Of a stretch of DNA of 64,000 bases, positions 18,990 to 27,970 are shown one piece after another. Position 1 is the first letter of the stretch; the number at the start of each line of letters is the position of its first letter. The translations under genes and the position numbers were made by a program. The notes under the pieces are model-generated. The model did no database searches, had not been told where the DNA came from, and saw only the letters and a program-made list of their open reading frames with translations. Source of the DNA: a virus; the IMG/VR virus record IMGVR_UViG_3300025788_000001, positions 3,074 through 67,073 of that record. One strand, written 5' to 3'.

Positions 18990-19261
18990 TTATCCTGTGC
19001 CTTTCTTAGTATTGCTCTAAATTTGTCTGCTACATGGCGATACAAGATTTCCATGTCTGCTTTGCTGTGTCGGTCAAAATGGTTCATCCAATAGTCGGCT
19101 GATTCTCTAGCTTCTTTTAATATTTCCTCATCTGTTGTTAGTGTCTTTGTTGGCTGTGTGTAAAGTGGTTTCCAATAATCAACTTCACAATAAGGCTTCT
19201 TCTCTACAATCTTTGTGCCATGACCTGTTTTAAGAATCCACGCTACTGGTTCATTGTTCAT
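18986..19261 (-). CDS. Mosaic-family protein
   Basis: MNNEPVAW..PLYTQPTKTLTTDEEI..FRAILRKAQDK. Confidence 0.7.
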   Translation of the reverse strand: MNNEPVAWILKTGHGTKIVEKKPYCEVDYWKPLYTQPTKTLTTDEEILKEARESADYWMNHFDRHSKADMEILYRHVADKFRAILRKAQDK

Positions 19262-19518
19262 TTCTCACTAGCCTTTCTTAGTATTAGATGGGCAAAATAA
19301 TGTTGTTGCGTAGTAAATCCGTGTTGCATAGCAATCCCATCTTCATGCGATTTTGCCCACAATTCGTTTACTACATCATCTGTTAGTGTCTTTGCTGGAT
19401 GGGTGTAGAGTGGAATATTGGCGTGTTCATTTTCTTTTGGATATGCTTTTGTGTCATACCCTTCTTCTAAATATTGAAGGCTAAATTTACTTATCCACGC
19501 TACTGGTTCATTGTTCAT
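19258..19518 (-). CDS. Mosaic-family protein
   Basis: MNNEPVAW..IPLYTHPAKTLTD..ILRKASEK. Confidence 0.7.
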   Translation of the reverse strand: MNNEPVAWISKFSLQYLEEGYDTKAYPKENEHANIPLYTHPAKTLTDDVVNELWAKSHEDGIAMQHGFTTQQHYFAHLILRKASEK

Positions 19519-20111
19519 TTCTCTTGTGCCTTTCTTAGTGCTTTAGCAGTAGCTAATACAATCTTTTTGTATTTGTTAAATTCTTCCCCAGTTTTCCAAA
19601 TCTCATGCCCTACTGGCACAATTTCTGCATCTTGAAGAATAGCTACTACATTTATCTCCTCATCTGTTAGTGTCTTTGCTGTTGCCGCCTTGTAGCCTTT
19701 CTCAAACCCAATAGCTTCAGCAATGCCTAAATCGTGTTCTGCTGGATGGGTGTAGAGTGGAATAGGCTCTGTTGTCCCTGTAACTTTCCATGCAAACTTA
19801 ATGTCATAGATTGTTGCGCCTTCTCCTTCAGGGTAAAAATGTCCTACTGGTTCATCTAAACCCCCCATAAGTGTAGGGTTTGTTGGTACTTGTTCAATCT
19901 CCTCAGATGATTTAGACAATCTCCATAGTGCTAACTCTTTTTTCAACGCTTCTATCTCAACTTGTTGCTCATGGAGTATTTCTTCATACTTACTTGTTAT
20001 CCTTTCAATTTCTACCTCTTGCTGGCGGAGCATGGTGGTTATTTCTTCTCTAGTTACCAGCTTGTACCAACTGTCAACTTCTAATAGGTCGGCTAATTCA
20101 TTTGCGTTCAT
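19515..20111 (-). CDS. Mosaic-family protein (long form)
   Basis: MNANEL..TMLRQQ..EPVG..IPLYTHPA[21-aa insert]KTLTDEEI..LRKAQEK. Confidence 0.7.
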   Translation of the reverse strand: MNANELADLLEVDSWYKLVTREEITTMLRQQEVEIERITSKYEEILHEQQVEIEALKKELALWRLSKSSEEIEQVPTNPTLMGGLDEPVGHFYPEGEGATIYDIKFAWKVTGTTEPIPLYTHPAEHDLGIAEAIGFEKGYKAATAKTLTDEEINVVAILQDAEIVPVGHEIWKTGEEFNKYKKIVLATAKALRKAQEK

Positions 20112-20269
20112 TTCTCTTGTGCCTTTCTTTCTTCTAGCTCTACCTTGGCTAGTTCTATTATGTATTGATTTTTATCTATACCAAGTTTTTCAGCAAGAGC
20201 TAATGCCAAGTCAGGCACAATAAACTGATGGACTGTTTTACCATCTTTCTTTACCTTTATAGTCTTCAT
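20108..20269 (-). CDS. Small protein (53 aa, not in ORF track) bounded by two junction repeats
   Basis: MKTIKVKKDGKTVHQFIVPDLALALAEKLGIDKNQYIIELAKVELEERKAQEK. Confidence 0.65.
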   Translation of the reverse strand: MKTIKVKKDGKTVHQFIVPDLALALAEKLGIDKNQYIIELAKVELEERKAQEK

Positions 20270-20520
20270 TTCTCTTGTGCCTTTCTACTTATCATTCCAT
20301 CAGCATACCCAATTTGTCTGCCACGCTCAAATGCATCTAAGCAATACTGTTCTGCTTTTTTTACTTCATGGTCTTTTTGGCAATAAGCATCTTTTAATTT
20401 TTCAATGCCTTCTTTCAACGCTTCTATTTCAGCTTGTTGCTGGCGTAGCATGGTGGCTGCTTCTTGCAAACAAGGTATTGCAGTAAATTCCAATTCCTTA
20501 ATTAGTTCATTAGCGTTCAT
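20266..20520 (-). CDS. Mosaic-family protein
   Basis: MNANEL..ATMLRQQQAEIEAL..RKAQEK. Confidence 0.7.
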   Translation of the reverse strand: MNANELIKELEFTAIPCLQEAATMLRQQQAEIEALKEGIEKLKDAYCQKDHEVKKAEQYCLDAFERGRQIGYADGMISRKAQEK

Positions 20521-20732
20521 CCCACATACTCCTCTGCCATGTTTTCAGCATATGTTAACCAAGGCTTCCATGCCCTACGTATTTCACCAAACACATAGTG
20601 GTTGGGGTTTTCACGTAACACTAACTCTCGTTTAGCTTCCACCGTTTCCGCTAATGGGATTGTTGTAAACAAAGAGTTTTTGTTTGCGTCGTGGATTATA
20701 TATTTCCTAGTGCGTGGTGTTTCATTTTCCAC
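20517..20732 (-). CDS. Hypothetical protein
   Basis: ORF within the operon. Confidence 0.5.
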   Translation of the reverse strand: MENETPRTRKYIIHDANKNSLFTTIPLAETVEAKRELVLRENPNHYVFGEIRRAWKPWLTYAENMAEEYVG

Positions 20733-20979
20733 AGTTGTTTTCCTTTTGGTTTTGGCTTGCTTGAATTTGCTTGATGACCGTAGATAAAGCCTGTAGTTGG
20801 GCGCATATAGTGTTAATGATCTTCGTCACTTCGTACGCTTGGGGGCTTGTATCTACAAAGCTATACTGCGCACCCGTTGCCCCTTGTATGGTTTCGGATT
20901 TATAGTGCGAGTAGTGCTCGGGCTTTCTCTCTAGTCCTTTGTGCATAGCTTCTCTATCCTCCGTTGTAAATGTTGTCAT
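20722..20979 (-). CDS. Hypothetical protein
   Basis: MTTFTTEDR start; coupled to neighbours. Confidence 0.55.
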   Translation of the reverse strand: MTTFTTEDREAMHKGLERKPEHYSHYKSETIQGATGAQYSFVDTSPQAYEVTKIINTICAQLQALSTVIKQIQASQNQKENNCGK

Positions 20980-21227
20980 GGCTTTTCCCTTTCTTTAAAC
21001 TCAGTTGTAAACCCTTCAGGTTCAGCGTGTTTGTACCTAATATCCATGCAAAGATGGTTGGCAATCCTACGCACTACATCAGATAATGGTACTGTTCTAG
21101 CTTCAGCCCAAAAACTATAATTGTCGTTGGTATAATACCTATTGGCATACTCCAATCTTTCTATTCTTGCTTCAAGCGTTCTAATCTTTTCAATTAGCTT
21201 ATCATTATTGCATCTAAACCAACTCAT
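20976..21227 (-). CDS. Hypothetical protein
   Basis: Coupled ORF with GGAGG RBS. Confidence 0.55.
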   Translation of the reverse strand: MSWFRCNNDKLIEKIRTLEARIERLEYANRYYTNDNYSFWAEARTVPLSDVVRRIANHLCMDIRYKHAEPEGFTTEFKEREKP

Positions 21228-21538
21228 ACTTCCTCCTTCTGTTTATATTGTTTAGTTATTTCATGCATCTTACCCGCAATAAACCCAGCCTCCCATAACG
21301 GGTCGACCATACCACTAGCCATGTATGTATCGTAGTCCTTGGGTATAGGTAGCCAATCGGCATATTCCTCGTCATATAGGGCTTGGTCATCGCTACGCAG
21401 TCCTTCAAAATCTAATGCGTAACTCTGCAACTCCAAGCCTAGGTCAGAGTCGGCGGTTAATAGGTTCTCGTCTATCTCCTCTATCTTGCCGTCATTCCAT
21501 GTAAACCTTACCTGCACCTTCGTTATTGATTTACTCAC
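21224..21538 (-). CDS. Acidic hypothetical protein
   Basis: GTG start at 21538 after GAGGAGG is more likely than the track start at 21634. Confidence 0.55.
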   Translation of the reverse strand: MSKSITKVQVRFTWNDGKIEEIDENLLTADSDLGLELQSYALDFEGLRSDDQALYDEEYADWLPIPKDYDTYMASGMVDPLWEAGFIAGKMHEITKQYKQKEEV

Positions 21539-21698
21539 TATCTTCCTCCTCAATTCGATCAGCTTCTTCACACATAAAATCAAACTGCATATCCAAAACA
21601 TTAAAGTGCTTACCGGCTTCAGCTTCGGCATCATCGCAGTTATCTGCCTCCACTTCTACATATGCGCACCCAGTTACTAATACATTCCATCTGCTCAT
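21531..21698 (-). CDS. Small acidic protein (55 aa, not in ORF track)
   Basis: MSRWNVLVTGCAYVEVEADNCDDAEAEA...; GGAGG RBS and ATGA overlap. Confidence 0.55.
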   Translation of the reverse strand: MSRWNVLVTGCAYVEVEADNCDDAEAEAGKHFNVLDMQFDFMCEEADRIEEEDSE

Positions 21699-22465
21699 AC
21701 AACCTCCTTAATTGCATTAACATATTTGTTAACAGTCGAACCCTCTAGACCGCACGCAGTATTTACTTCTAACACATAGCACTTATCCTGTGCCTCATTC
21801 CATGCAACATCTACTGCACCGAAGTCTAGCCCTAACGCATCAACGGCAGAGATAGCAACCCCCCTAAGAGAGTGAGGTTCTTCGATACCACCTCGACAAA
21901 AGACATACCCATTTGCATGGTTTCTAATATAAGGGTGGTGGTCATCAACACTAGAACTCCTACGCTTTTCTTGTATGTCAAGAATTTTACTATTAAATAC
22001 ATGAACTCTGAACTCCTTTTGCTTGCGTATGTATTTTGTATACAACGGGGCATCTACTAACTCTGAGTGTTGTTTGGCTACAACAATGCCTTGCCCTGAG
22101 TGTGCGGTGAGTAGCGTACGACATACTACCTTGAAGCCCTGTTCTATCCAGTCCTTTGCCTTGTCCTTGTCTGTTGTGTATTCAGGGTGGGGGACATCGG
22201 CTAGCTTAAAATGCAGTAACGACCTGTGTTTGTTTGACGCAACGCTGACGGCACTAGCGGAGTTGATGACCGTAGCATTTGTATCACTAATCCCACTACT
22301 ACCCCAGTTAATAACGACACGACTAGGCTTGCACAAGCCGACACGCTCAGGGTTTATAAACAACACATCTCTACCTAATGCTTCGCTCAGTCCTTTCTTT
22401 AATAGCCTTGCACTTTTACTGCCTCGTTTGTATGGGGCTATGGCTACCCTTGATGTGTTTGTCAT
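21695..22465 (-). CDS. ATP-grasp (RimK-like) ligase
   Basis: ASNK, HSGQGI, EFRVHV, LDFGAVD, VLEVNTACG. Confidence 0.85.
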   Translation of the reverse strand: MTNTSRVAIAPYKRGSKSARLLKKGLSEALGRDVLFINPERVGLCKPSRVVINWGSSGISDTNATVINSASAVSVASNKHRSLLHFKLADVPHPEYTTDKDKAKDWIEQGFKVVCRTLLTAHSGQGIVVAKQHSELVDAPLYTKYIRKQKEFRVHVFNSKILDIQEKRRSSSVDDHHPYIRNHANGYVFCRGGIEEPHSLRGVAISAVDALGLDFGAVDVAWNEAQDKCYVLEVNTACGLEGSTVNKYVNAIKEVV

Positions 22466-22755
22466 TCCGTATCTTTCCTTTCTAAGCCTTTGATTTTGTT
22501 AAGCAAATCCGTTATCTGCTCATCGTTTTGGTATCCGATTACATCATTACATACAGGGTTTTGGGAGTCTAAGTAGTAGTTTGTTTTACTTAACCACTTA
22601 ATAACTGCCAATTCATATGGGCGTTCATCATTACCACGAATCAGACCATCACCCCCCCATACCACACTCGCACCATACCCATTAGGAAAACGGTAAAGTC
22701 TTTGGTTGTGTGGCATATCCTTATTCGGATTCTCTGCTACTAAATGTTCTTTCAT
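22462..22755 (-). CDS. Hypothetical phage protein
   Basis: FPNGYGASVV..YELAVI..DVIGY. Confidence 0.65.
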   Translation of the reverse strand: MKEHLVAENPNKDMPHNQRLYRFPNGYGASVVWGGDGLIRGNDERPYELAVIKWLSKTNYYLDSQNPVCNDVIGYQNDEQITDLLNKIKGLERKDTE

Positions 22756-22958
22756 ACTCCCTCCTCTAGGTTTATATACTGACTCTCTTCCCCTAACTCC
22801 AAGGTTTCGTACTGCTCATAGTTGTCACTTTGAATGTGCTTATCCCACAAACTGGGGTCAGTCTTATATGCTTTTCTTTCTGCTTCTTCTCTAGTAAGGG
22901 CAGTTACTTCTTGGACTGCAAAGCGGGTAGCACCCGCAACTATATAAAACTTAGACAT
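22752..22958 (-). CDS. Hypothetical protein
   Basis: RBS present; coupled to the next gene. Confidence 0.55.
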   Translation of the reverse strand: MSKFYIVAGATRFAVQEVTALTREEAERKAYKTDPSLWDKHIQSDNYEQYETLELGEESQYINLEEGV

Positions 22959-22978
22959 ACTTTATTTTCCTTTCGTTG

Positions 22979-24160
22979 TTAGCAGATACTGATTTTTTGT
23001 GGCTTAGTTCTTTCCATCCAAGGGAACGCTTCACGGGCACAGATGTGGTCAGTCAAGATACGCTCGAACCAACTGCTGTCAATCATGTCGTCTAGTGCCA
23101 TGTAGCACACCTCCATGAAGTTATCGATACCAAACTCCTCGATGAATTCATAGCCTGCGGTGCGACTAAGATACTTGATCTCAAATGTCTGCTCGATCTC
23201 AAACAGTAAATCTTCCATCACATCGTCAATCTCTTGAGGTGACACACCAAACTCAGGGCTACGCTTAGTGTTATCTTCATCATCGTAATCGCCATCTTCA
23301 TCTTCAAAGATACTACCTACTGGCGGTACATATACTGGGCGATCTAGCTTGTCCGTTGCTTCTACCTTGTCATATGTCTTGGTAGTGTGGTTGTATTTGT
23401 AATCCTCCCAGTAATCATCACTATCGTATCGACTATCGTAACCACCAGCACCGTAGCCAGCACCATAGCCAGACCACTGCTTGTACGACTTACTCCCACC
23501 AGTTTTCCATACTGCCTTGTATGGCTCAGCCTCGATCTGTTGCACCGCTAACTCGGCACTATCAACATAATCTTTGGGCACACCAGTAGGACTAGACCAC
23601 GCATATGTATTAGATAACCAACGACCGCCCCAATACACGCCTGAGGTTTGATTGACTGTCTGAACACGACCTGTGCTATCCATGATGACGAACTTATTAG
23701 ACGCACCAATATGATCACCGACAATCTCAGCAAACGCATCGGTAAACGCAAAGTCTAAGTTGTTAGCAAGCATAGGTCGCAAGTAGTCACGAATGTAGTG
23801 CCATGTATCTGACTTGGTAACATCACCCGCATTACCTGTACCTAGTATGCCGTTATGCATGAGCCAAACATCAAGCCCGTGCTCAGCACTATTGAATACT
23901 TCATATGGGTGGCAATTCTCCATATCGATGTTGCCGTGGGTCTTCATACGCAGATGGAACGCACAATCGTAGCCATCAATGTGGTTGGTATAAAAGTCTA
24001 CAAACTCTTGGGCATTCTTAGGCAAGATCTTCTCTATGAGAAGCTCGCCGTCAACTGAACGCATGATACCAACGCCATCGGCATTAGATGAATAGAAATC
24101 CTCTAACCACTCTTGGGTTAATGAAGGGGCGGAAGCGGGCTGAACGACTAATAAACACAT
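22979..24160 (-). CDS. Class II glutamine amidotransferase (Ntn)
   Basis: N-terminal MC, N.DGVG, HLRMKTHG, NCHP, MHNG, SDT. Confidence 0.85.
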   Translation of the reverse strand: MCLLVVQPASAPSLTQEWLEDFYSSNADGVGIMRSVDGELLIEKILPKNAQEFVDFYTNHIDGYDCAFHLRMKTHGNIDMENCHPYEVFNSAEHGLDVWLMHNGILGTGNAGDVTKSDTWHYIRDYLRPMLANNLDFAFTDAFAEIVGDHIGASNKFVIMDSTGRVQTVNQTSGVYWGGRWLSNTYAWSSPTGVPKDYVDSAELAVQQIEAEPYKAVWKTGGSKSYKQWSGYGAGYGAGGYDSRYDSDDYWEDYKYNHTTKTYDKVEATDKLDRPVYVPPVGSIFEDEDGDYDDEDNTKRSPEFGVSPQEIDDVMEDLLFEIEQTFEIKYLSRTAGYEFIEEFGIDNFMEVCYMALDDMIDSSWFERILTDHICAREAFPWMERTKPQKISIC

Positions 24161-24216
24161 ATGTATTTCCTTTATTTAGATTGATTTAAATTTGTTTGGG
24201 ACAGGTTTCTGCCCGC

Positions 24217-25692
24217 TTACACTTCAGCTAATTGTTCTTTCTTCTCGAAACGTGGGTTAGCTTTAACGATTGCTGATTTATCTAGCATGAATCCCTTAGA
24301 CTGCAAGAATGACCGTAGATTGATTGTGTCCTTGCGGTTGTCAGGCTGGCAAATAAACTTGAGGAAGTTATCCGTAGTTAAGTCTTGTTGCCCTGTATCA
24401 CGACTAAAGAACCAAGCCATGTAAGTAAACTCAAGACAAGACATGATGGTCTCATAGCGTAGCGTGCCCTTAAACAAGCGGAACTCAATAGTTCTCTCGG
24501 GCTGGAAGTTAACCGACTCATACCGATCCTCATTCAAGCGTTGCATACCATTACGCTTGCCGTGCTTGAGCCATGCATAGTCGGCTGTCTTGTTCTTAAC
24601 CTGTGAATAGCGGTTGCCATCTCGTCTTGCTATGGTACGAAAGAGTCGCTGGTTTCTACTATCGTGCATGAACAGGATTAACTTTGCCGCATGAAACATA
24701 CTCATACCCTTCTTGCAAATGTGAACATGAAGCCCACAAGTCTTGGTATCGTGCGACTTAACATCAGCCCATCTACGCTTAAAGAACTCTAACTGCTTGG
24801 CATGAACATCTAACCCTGTGTAGCCAGTCACCATCTCAAAGCCGTGGCTAAGAGACCCATCGTCTTCTAAGAAACAATAGTTGTGCCCTTCAGGCGTAAC
24901 ACCGATAGCCTCGAACAACTCCTCAGCCTTAGCCTCTCGGTCGCAACCATCGCCGACCTCCATCTCAAGCTCAAGCCCCATGTAGATCTTAGTCTCTCGC
25001 TTGGAGAACTCAGTTGGGATAAGACCTAGCTTACGCTTACTACTATGATAACCCCCGATGAAGCGGCTTTCTTCTTCCTCCTCCTCATCGTCTTCGATGT
25101 CAGGCTCTTCATCATCTTCATGCACCACGCTATCATGGTAGTCTGACCAACGATAGCTATTCTCCCTACAACTAGAGCACACCCATCTGTCGCCGTTATA
25201 CACCCAAGAGCCATCGTCTTCTGCTTCTATGTACTCGCAGTCAGAGCAAACCTCATATGTAGGTGCGTCGGGGAATTTATCCGAATCGTTAATCATTTCG
25301 CACCAATCGCTACTACCTGCCATATCCCTAATGTCAGGGTTGTCATTAAGCATACAAACTAACTCACTATCGTCTTGAGTTCTAAAACACTCCCTAGCCC
25401 TCACTCCGAAGTCGTATAGAGCACGCTTGCGAGTCATAAGCGAGACATAACTTGTTACTGAAAACCGATTGAGTCGGTTGCCGTGCCATTGTTGTGTTAC
25501 TAAGAGGTTGTTCTTGATAGTGTGCCTACTATGATCTACTGCTTCCGCCATAGTCCATGCGTGTGGTCTTTCCATGTGATTCAACTTCATGCTGAGGAAT
25601 GTCCGCAACACGTCATGCTTACCATCGGGCAGGCTTGCTTTGCGAAGACGGACTGCTTCTACCTGTGCAACTGTATATGTAACTGTTGGCAT
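24217..25692 (-). CDS. Putative amidoligase (COOH-NH2 ligase) with Zn ribbon
   Basis: GLELEME, EDDGSL, GFEMV, CGLHVH, RY.SVN, TIEFRLF; CSDC..CSSC. Confidence 0.85.
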   Translation of the reverse strand: MPTVTYTVAQVEAVRLRKASLPDGKHDVLRTFLSMKLNHMERPHAWTMAEAVDHSRHTIKNNLLVTQQWHGNRLNRFSVTSYVSLMTRKRALYDFGVRARECFRTQDDSELVCMLNDNPDIRDMAGSSDWCEMINDSDKFPDAPTYEVCSDCEYIEAEDDGSWVYNGDRWVCSSCRENSYRWSDYHDSVVHEDDEEPDIEDDEEEEEESRFIGGYHSSKRKLGLIPTEFSKRETKIYMGLELEMEVGDGCDREAKAEELFEAIGVTPEGHNYCFLEDDGSLSHGFEMVTGYTGLDVHAKQLEFFKRRWADVKSHDTKTCGLHVHICKKGMSMFHAAKLILFMHDSRNQRLFRTIARRDGNRYSQVKNKTADYAWLKHGKRNGMQRLNEDRYESVNFQPERTIEFRLFKGTLRYETIMSCLEFTYMAWFFSRDTGQQDLTTDNFLKFICQPDNRKDTINLRSFLQSKGFMLDKSAIVKANPRFEKKEQLAEV

Positions 25693-25847
25693 AACTGTAT
25701 TTCCTTTCGTTTGTGTAATAACTGATGACCGAAGTCATTGGACAGAAACCTGTCCCAATCTATTTAATAATCAAACCTACTACATACCTAACTACCTGCG
25801 CCCCTATGAATAAACTACAAAACAACAGGGCGATCCTGCTATACAAA

Positions 25848-26528
25848 TCAAATCCTTGTAATACTTTCATCTTCTTCTCCCGCTAGTCGATACCGCATTA
25901 TGTCGTTGCCCGTGCCATCTAAACCCCAGTCCCAAGCATCTGCCCTACGCACATAGCCCACGGGTCTATTAAAATCCCTTAGCCACACTACTAATTCAGG
26001 TGTGGTAAGGGTGCTATTTAGGCGGGCTATGTCGGGTATGGTGCCGTGTATTGGGTGGTCTCTTAAGTCGGTAAGGCGGTGCAAGTTACCCCAATCCACC
26101 CATGGACTCTCTTTCTTGAGCTTCTTGTATGCGACTATCGCACCGGTTTGCCTCGGAGAATCACCCCACCATAAGTGGGACACCCAATTACTACCTTTCT
26201 CTCCACTCCGCAAGACATACCTAACCCTATCTGTGCGTAGTAAGTGCTCAGGCTTTTCATCGGGTTGGGTTGTGGTATTTATTAGTGGGTGCAGGGGTGT
26301 GAACCCCTTGGGTATTTTGAAGCGTGGTTCTGTGGGTTCGGGTTCTCGGAAGACGGGTAGTCTTGGGTCTGTTGTTGGGGGTGGTGGGGCGTGCAAGCGT
26401 GGTACTACCCTATCTCGCATTTCTGCAATCATCTCTTCAACGCTCATATCCCTAACTGCCCTACCTACATACTGCCTTTCTTGCTCATACACATCTTCTA
26501 GTCCTTCTCTACTTTCACCATTAGGCAT
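25848..26528 (-). CDS. Hypothetical protein with internal duplication
   Basis: GGAGG RBS; two segments ending WWG..AIVAYK and WDWG..DIMRYR. Confidence 0.65.
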   Translation of the reverse strand: MPNGESREGLEDVYEQERQYVGRAVRDMSVEEMIAEMRDRVVPRLHAPPPPTTDPRLPVFREPEPTEPRFKIPKGFTPLHPLINTTTQPDEKPEHLLRTDRVRYVLRSGEKGSNWVSHLWWGDSPRQTGAIVAYKKLKKESPWVDWGNLHRLTDLRDHPIHGTIPDIARLNSTLTTPELVVWLRDFNRPVGYVRRADAWDWGLDGTGNDIMRYRLAGEEDESITRI

Positions 26529-26557
26529 GGTTTATTTCCTCCTTTGTTAGTGGTTGT

Positions 26558-27160
26558 TTACTTAGCGGACAGGTTTCTGCCCGTATCGTATTCATTTAAC
26601 TTCTCTACTCTCCTTTCTTTCATCAATCTATATTGCGTTTCTAAAACCGCCAAGTGGTCTAGGCGTGCTTGTTTGATTTGGGCTATTTGCTCGGGTGTAT
26701 CTGCTTTTGTTTGCCGAGTCGTTTTTATGGGACAGGTTTCTGTCCGTCTGAAGTAGGCGTGGTATCTGTTCTTAGCTAGGTTTACTTCTTTATCTAGGGT
26801 GGTTTTTAGTGCTTCTCGTTCCTTACCCTTTTCCTTTTGCCACCTTTCTTTCATCACTCGCTTTCGCATATCGTTGATGTCCTTTCTTTTTTGGTGTATT
26901 AGTTGTTCCCCTAGGTAGGGGTTGATGCGTTTATTTGTTATCTTGTTGCGTAGTTCTTTGAGGGTGAGCTTAGCCCTCGGTTTGCGTTTGGGTTGGCATT
27001 GTTTGCACAAAGAGCTGATGACCGTAGTTCCTGTTTCAACCCGCCTGTTTAGGGCGTTTGAATATTCTTCTGCAGTCATGCGTCTTTTAAACTCAGCTCG
27101 CTCTCTTGTTTCCCCGCATTTCGCACAAGTTAGTTGTGCTTGCTTGGTTAGTTTTTTCAT
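26558..27160 (-). CDS. Basic Zn-ribbon protein
   Basis: CAKC..CKQC; K/R-rich. Confidence 0.65.
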   Translation of the reverse strand: MKKLTKQAQLTCAKCGETRERAEFKRRMTAEEYSNALNRRVETGTTVISSLCKQCQPKRKPRAKLTLKELRNKITNKRINPYLGEQLIHQKRKDINDMRKRVMKERWQKEKGKEREALKTTLDKEVNLAKNRYHAYFRRTETCPIKTTRQTKADTPEQIAQIKQARLDHLAVLETQYRLMKERRVEKLNEYDTGRNLSAK

Positions 27161-27570
27161 GTGGTTTGTTTCCGTTTTAATGAAGCAAGGGCAGGTTTCT
27201 GTCCCGTTTAGCCATAAAAGTCTACTAATGTCCAGTAATTATACCTATGTTGTCCACAGTAGTTGTCATGTGTTTGAGCCTTATACTACTACGCTTTTTC
27301 CTTATGCTGTCACAGATGTCTACGGATTTCCAGCAACTTAAGGACTAAGAAAGTAAGACACAAATAAACAGTCCCACTTATCTACCCTTATATATATATA
27401 TTTAGAATTTAGTATTTATATATATAGGTGTGCTGGGAATGTGGTAGACGCACATAAACAAAAGGGTTGCGGGCGTCAAGGTAGTGTCCACCTGCGAGAT
27501 AAAGTAGACAATTACCAAGTGCATTATTATGGTGCATAACGGGACAGAAACCTGTCCCAAACCCCTCTCA

Positions 27571-27828
27571 TTACAGCCAGATGAAGCCACAAGAAGCTAA
27601 CGCATCGGAGGTGATGACTACCCAGCCTGAGTCCTTGCCGTGCTTCTCAATGCGTTTACGCCACGCTGTTGTGGCTCGGGCTAAAGACTGATATGGCTTT
27701 CTTACTATCTCGCCTACTTCATCGCCTTTCTTTTGGCATACGACCCATACATTACTACGCTTACCTAGTGTGCCTTCGGCTAGGATCTGTTTGTATACAG
27801 CGCTTGGTTTGAGTGTGATTGATTTCAT
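27571..27828 (-). CDS. Hypothetical protein
   Basis: AGGAG RBS and ATGA overlap. Confidence 0.6.
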   Translation of the reverse strand: MKSITLKPSAVYKQILAEGTLGKRSNVWVVCQKKGDEVGEIVRKPYQSLARATTAWRKRIEKHGKDSGWVVITSDALASCGFIWL

Positions 27829-27968
27829 AGTAATTCTCCTTTGTAAAGGTTAACGACAGATTGGACTTGCTTGGTTGATAACTTGAGAGAGCGGGCAATC
27901 GCTAGGATTGTGTAGCCTTCCCAATACATTAGTGCTACCTCTTCTACTAATCGCTTCATGCCTGACAT
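27825..27968 (-). CDS. 47-aa HTH protein, paralog A (not in ORF track)
   Basis: MSGMKRLVEEVALMYWEGYTILAIARSLKLSTKQVQSVVNLYKGELL; AGGAG RBS. Confidence 0.7.
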   Translation of the reverse strand: MSGMKRLVEEVALMYWEGYTILAIARSLKLSTKQVQSVVNLYKGELL

Positions 27969-27970
27969 GG

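Larger units (their letters stand above)
11086..20286 (-). repeat. Dispersed gene-junction repeat, consensus AGAAAGGCACAAGAGAAATGA (8 copies)
   Basis: Copies end at 11086, 18087, 18314, 18986, 19258, 19515, 20108 and 20266; the 18314, 18986 and 19258 copies are variants. Confidence 0.85.

Noticed and set aside
18087-20520. CRISPR array, suggested by the constant/variable pattern and the Cas4-like nuclease at 12905
   Set aside because: The repeats are of several kinds, in-frame coding and irregularly spaced. There is no cas operon, and the nuclease is an ordinary phage exonuclease.
11086-20520. Diversity-generating retroelement
   Set aside because: No reverse transcriptase is present, and the variation is block replacement, not adenine-specific substitution.
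26002-26550. Long antisense and alternate-frame ORFs (e.g. 26002+, 22023+, 29587-, 14600-)
   Set aside because: They shadow well-supported genes and show no recognisable motifs.
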